Source: Eledone cirrhosa (lineage: Eukaryota). From it: 64,000 nucleotides of DNA. The translations under genes and the position numbers were made by a program. The DNA lies in contig OZ024743.1 in NCBI GenBank assembly GCA_964016885.1, forward strand, positions 61,814,001 to 61,878,000. Direction: 5' to 3'. Below the pieces are notes generated by a model. It had not been told where the DNA came from and made no database searches. It worked only from the letters and a program-made list of their open reading frames with translations. Positions 56,258-64,000 of the stretch are shown here, piece by piece (the stretch's first letter is position 1; the number at the start of each line of letters is the position of its first letter).

Positions 56258-57345
56258 TTATTCCTAGGAAGGTCATGAGGGCAGAGTCCTCAGACATGTA
56301 TTATAGAGGGTCCTATCAGAAGCAGCCGTCTCCAATTGATTCGGATGGTTCCCCAAGCGAGAACAGCCAAGCTCATGTTCGTGGTGTTTGCCCGTAAAAT
56401 CTGTTCAACAATTATTTCCTTAAACATTCTAACCAAATGTCCGTAGTATAGGTGCCGTGATCTTTCGATTCAGAGAAGTAGCGGCTCTACCGGGAGTGAC
56501 TCTCTGAGCTATGCACCCCATTGAGTGACGTTATTCCAAAGACCCTTCGAGGGAACCCCATTTCGGCTGCTTGTATTCGCGATCATATTCCTTCGGTCAT
56601 GACCCAAGTTTCATAACCATAGGTAAGGGTAGACAGGAACGTCAAATTGAAGATAGCTAGTTCGGCTTTTACACCTACCTCTCTTCTGTTGATGACCGAG
56701 TGGTGAAGGTGGTGCATTAATACAGCAACTCATGCAATTCTTGAATTTAATTCAGCCTCATGCCTTCCATAACGCGTGAAAACGACCACAAGATACTTGA
56801 ACTTCTCCACCTGCTTCAGTAGAACTCCACTCACATGCAATCATCAAGTAATTTTAACCTGAACACCATATAACTCTCTATCTTTAATTCGGCGTTCGTG
56901 CCAAATCGTACGTATGGTCATAAATTTTGGGTAATGACCGAAAAAATACGATCGCGAATACAAGCGGTCGAAATGGGGTTCCTCCGAAGAGCCTTTCGAG
57001 TAACGTTACTTGATAGAGTGCGTACCTCGGAGATCAGAGAGTCACTCCAGGTAGAGCCGCTATTTCTCGGAATTGAGAGATCACAGTTCCGATACTATGG
57101 GCATGTGGTCAGAATGTTTTAGGAAAAAATCTTTGGACAAATTTTATGGGCAAAACCAACTGGCAGGAGAACCCGGAGTAGACCCTGAGCAAGATGGTTG
57201 GATAACATTCATGAACTTGGTTGATCTCGCTTGGGGATCCAGCCGGATCAGTTGGAGACAGTTGCTTCAGACAGGACCCGCTGGAAGGTGTGTTTGAGGA
57301 CTCAGCCCCTACGATCCTCTCAGGAATAAGAGGACGAAGAAGAGC
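56258..57345. mobile_element. Two RTE-like LINE 3' fragments in divergent orientation
   Basis: Plus copy encodes TYGH.FWVMTEKIRSRIQAVEMGFLRR...IRESLQVEP..IERSQ.RYYGHVVRM; 56258-56840 is the same sequence on minus. Confidence 0.8.
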
Positions 57346-57739
57346 ATATTAATATAAGGAAGCTTTGTCAAACTTCAATAATCCCAAATGCAAAATTCTT
57401 AAAAAGCAGTTGTTTTTTTTATATAGTTGTGTTTTACCTGTTAATTGGTATAATATTCATTCATTTGATATAGGCACAATCTATATATAAATTTCTGCGA
57501 TTCTGTCACAACACGTAAAGAGATAGGAGCAGTTTCACTACCTCATACTACTCCTCTTCATTTACGTATGTTGCCTGCGTGAATGTATGTGTATGTGTGA
57601 GTTAGTGTAAATGTATGTGTGTTTGTGTGAATGTATATCTATATCTATATACTCATACATATAAATGTATGCATATGCACACACACACACACACACACAG
57701 ACACATACATACACACACACACACATTCACACACACACA

Positions 57740-59473
<1,734 letters not shown>

Positions 59474-59556
59474 TATATATATATATATATATATATATAG
59501 GAAAATGTATGACCCCGACGGCAGAGCTCAACCTGTTTCGACGGGTATTTCTGGAC

Positions 59557-59589
<33 letters not shown>

Positions 59590-59591
<2 letters not shown>

Positions 59592-59791
59592 CGACGGAAG
59601 TGTGGTAAGGAACCAGGTGGACCATAATGCACCAGAGTACTCGATACTTTGGGTAGTAGAGTGGGTAACAGGAAAAGAGTCAGAACCCTGACGGCATAAG
59701 CTCAAGCGGTTTCGACTGGTATTTCTGGATAGTCCAGAATAGCTGTCGAAACGGCTCGAGTTCTGCCGTCGAGGTTCTGACTCTTTTCCTA
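59590..59791 (-). mobile_element. Second fold-back half-hammerhead element of the 25.7-kb family
   Basis: The tail is the reverse complement of 25814-25891; inverted arms 59670-59790. A partial third copy lies at 59499-59560. Confidence 0.8.
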
Positions 59792-60799
59792 TATATATAT
59801 CTACTTACTTGGCATGGTTTTTACAACTGGATGCCTTTTTTAAAGCCAAACACTGTACAGATACATTTTTCGTGATAGCAGTACAACCACTTGAAAGAGT
59901 TAAATATGGCATTTTATCGTGGTACCAATGCTAATTCTTTACGGGGTGTACTGGATACTCTAGCATAGAGATGTTACATGCTAAGCCAGACTGAAGAGTC
60001 TTTTTAAACACTATTTTGTTTCTGTACATTTGCCAGACACTGTACGCTCTGGTCTCTCACTATTTTTACTTTTTCAACTCGGTAAATACAAAATTACTGG
60101 GGGTTTTCCTTATGATTGTTACTACTGTTTTATAATTAATGTTTGCCCTCTAGGATAACGTAGAGGGCTTTAATATATAATTATCAAAAATGGGGAGGTT
60201 TTGTAGGACAAGGGGTATTTATTCTATAGCGAATAGGTTTGCAGGGGGTAGTTATCAATCGTAACGAAGAAATTTGTCGGGCGGGTGTTTAGCGTAAGAG
60301 CGGATAGGTTTATAGGAGTTACCATAAGGGAGAGTTTTCTATGGAGGTATTTCTCTTAAGACCAGTGTTTTTTGTAGGGCGTAGTTATGATAACGGAGAG
60401 ATGTTTTTTGTGGATAGTCATAAACGTAGATGTGGAGTCCAGGCAGTAGTTACCATAAAAATGGTTGGGGTTGTAGGTAGCAGTTATAAAAATAATTGGG
60501 GTTGTAAGCAGTAGTATTAAGAAGGGAGATATTTGCGGGGAATAGTTATTATACAACAGAAAAGTATTTCTGAAGTGAATACTAATTTTATATTTCATGA
60601 ATACACAACTGATATGTAGACACCACCAACTCAAGCATTATATAAACACCCCATCTTATCCTATATAAACAGTTATTGCTTTATATAGATGCTAATTCTC
60701 GTCTCCTTAGACATCAATTCTAGCCTTATTGTCTTATACAGCCATTACATTGTATCTTATAAAGGCACCACCTCCAGTCATGTATAGTCACTGTCGTTA

Positions 60800-63700
60800 G
60801 CCATATATAGACGCTACATCTAGCCATATATAGACACCACGTCTAGTATATATAGGCACCACATCTAGTATATATAGAAACCACATCTAGTTATATATAG
60901 ACACCACATCTAGTATATATAGACACCACGTCTAGACATATATAGACACGACGTCTAGTATATATAGACACCACATCTAGTATTTATAGACACCACGTCT
61001 AGTATATATAAACATCAAATCTAGTATATAGAGTCACCACATCTAGTATATATAGACACCACATCTAGTTATATATAGACACCACATCTAGTATATATAA
61101 CACCACGTCTAGTCATATATAGACACCACGTCTAGTATATATAGACACCACATCTAGTATTTATAGACACCACGTCTAGTATATATAGACATCACGTCTA
61201 GTATATATAGTCACCACATCTAGTATATATAGACACTACATCTAGTATATATAGACACCACATCTAGTATATATAGACACCAAGTCTAGTATATATAGAC
61301 ACCACATCTAGTATATATAGACACCACATCTAGTATATATAGGCACCACGTCTAGTATATATAGACACCACGTCTAGTTATATATAGACACCACATCTAG
61401 TATATATAGACACCACGTCTAGTCATATATAGACAACACATCTAGTATATATAGACACCACATCTAGTATATATAGACACAACGTCTAGTATATATAGAC
61501 ACCACATCTAGTATATATAGACACCACATCTAGTCACATATAGGCACCAGGTCTAGTTATATATAGACACCACATCTAGTATATATAGGCACCACATCTA
61601 GTATATGTATAGGCACCACGTCTAGTATATATAGACACCACGTCTAGTATATATAGACACCACGTCTAGTCATATATAGACACCACGTCAAGTTATATAT
61701 AGACACCACATCTAGTGATAGATAGACACCACGTCTAGTATATATAGACACCACGTCTAGTCACATATAGACACCACGTCTAGTATATATAGACACCACA
61801 TCTAGTCATATATAGACACCACGTCTAGTATATATAGACACCACGTCTAGTCATATATAGACAACACGTCTAGTATATATAGACACCACATCTAGTATTT
61901 ATAGACACCACGTCTAGTATATATAGACATCACGTCTAGTATATATAGTCACCACATCTAGTATATATAGACACTACATCTAGTATATATAGACACCATA
62001 TCTAGTATATATAGACACCACGTCTAGTATATATAGACACCACATCTAGTATATATAGGCACCGCATCTAGTATATATATAGGCACCACATCTAGTATAT
62101 ATAGACACCACGTCTAGTATATATAGACACCACGTCTAGTCATATATAGACAACACGTCTAGTATATATAGACACCACATCTAGTCATATATAGACACCA
62201 CGTCTAGTATATATAGACACCACATCTAGTATTTATAGACACCACGTCTAGTATATATAGTCACCACATCTAGTATATATAGACACCACATCTAGTTATA
62301 TATAGACACCACATCTAGTTATATATAGACACCACATCTAGTTATATATAGACACCACATCTAGTATATATAGACACTACGTCTAGTCATATATAGACAC
62401 CACGCCTAGTATTTATAGACACCACGTCTTGTATATATAGACATCACGTCTAGTATATAGTCACCACATCTAGTATATATAGACACCAAGTCTAGTATAT
62501 ATAGACACCACGTCTAGTTATACATAGACACCACGTCTAGTATATATAGACACCACATCTAGTATATATAGATATCACATCTAGTCATATATAGACTGGT
62601 GTCTATAGACACCACATCGAGTCATTTATAGGCACCACGTCTAGTTATATATAGACACCACATCTAGTTATATAGACACCACATCTAGTTATATATAGGC
62701 ACCACGTCTAGTTATATATAGACACCACATCTAGTCATATATAGGCACCACGTCTAGTCATATATAGACACCACGTCTAGTATATATAGACACCACATCT
62801 AGTCATATATAGACACCACGTCTAGTATATATAGACACCACATCTAGTATTTATAGACACCACGTCTAGTATATATAGACACCACATCTAGTCATATATA
62901 GACACCACGTCTAGTCATATATAGACACCACGTCTAGTATATATAGACACCACGTCTAGTATATATAGACACCACATCTAGTATATATAGATATCACATT
63001 TAGTCATATATAGACACCACATCTAGTCATATATAAATACCACGTCTAGTATATATATAGACACCACATCTAGTATATATAAACACCACGTCTAGTTATA
63101 TATAGACACCACGTCTAGTTATGAATAGACACCACTTCTAGTTATGTATAGACACCAGGTCTAGTTATATATAGACACCACATCTAGTCATATATAGACA
63201 CCACATCTAGTCATATATAGACACCACGTCTAGTATATATAGACACCACATCTAGTCATATATAGACACCACGTCTAGTCATATATAGACACCAGGTCTA
63301 GTATATATAGACACCACATGTAGTTTATATAGACACCAAATCTAGTATATATAGACACCACGTCTAGTATATATAGACACAACGTCTAGTATATATAGAC
63401 ACCACATCTAGTCATATATAGGCACCAGGTCTAGTATATATAGACACCACATGTAGTTTATATAGACACCAAATCTAGTATATATAGACACCACGTCTAG
63501 TATATATAGACACAACGTCTAGTATATATAGACACCACATCTAGTCATATATAGACACCACATCTAGACATATATAGACACCACGTCTAGTATATATAGA
63601 CACCACATCTAGTCATATATAGACACCACGGCTAGTTTATATAGACACCACATCTAGTTATATATAGGCACCAGGTATAGTATATATAGACACCTTATCT

Positions 63701-64000
63701 AGTATATATAGACACCACATCTAGTATATATAAACACCACGTCTAGTATATATAGACACCACGTCTAGTATATATAGACACCACATCTAGTATTTATAGA
63801 CACCACGTCTAGTATATATAGACATCACGTCTAGTATATATAGTCACCACATCTAGTATATATAGACACTACATCTAGTATATATAGACACCATATCTAG
63901 TATATATAGACACCACGTCTAGTATATATAGACACCACATCTAGTATATATAGGCACCGCATCTAGTATATATATAGGCACCACATCTAGTATATATAGA
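60800..64000. repeat. Satellite with a 22-23 bp unit GACACCAC(A/G)TCTAGTATATATA, running off the window
   Basis: Period 22 (GAC at 61276, 61298, 61320), roughly 140 units. Confidence 0.95.

Noticed and set aside
60800-64000. CRISPR-like array of short palindromic repeats
   Set aside because: No unique spacers, no cas genes, eukaryotic context.

Overview
AT-rich, microsatellite-dense eukaryotic DNA that is almost all transposable elements and repeats. The SINE families look like those of octopod cephalopods; this is recognition, not a search result. Retroelements: two tandem full-length R4/Dong-type REL retrotransposons in a (TATG)n tract (one with an intact 1169-aa ORF), a 5' relic of a diverged R4-like family, three Penelope-like element (PLE) remnants, CR1-like, RTE (one with three C2H2 fingers) and CRE-like LINE fragments, and many tRNA-derived SINEs. 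Also present: a tRNA-Leu(AAG) pseudogene, a Tc1/mariner MITE, a probable non-autonomous Helitron and a 22-bp satellite at the window end. The main hidden signal is more than ten hammerhead-ribozyme (HHR) motifs in short non-coding elements inserted in (TA)n tracts. Some are tandem or terminally redundant units of 300-555 nt (retrozyme-like), some are fold-backs that turn at or beside the ribozyme, and one family has the hammerhead strands in a non-standard, pseudoknotted order with covarying helices. Weak evidence suggests a + strand host gene or pseudogene at about 42.3-53.1 kb. All structures were folded by eye.
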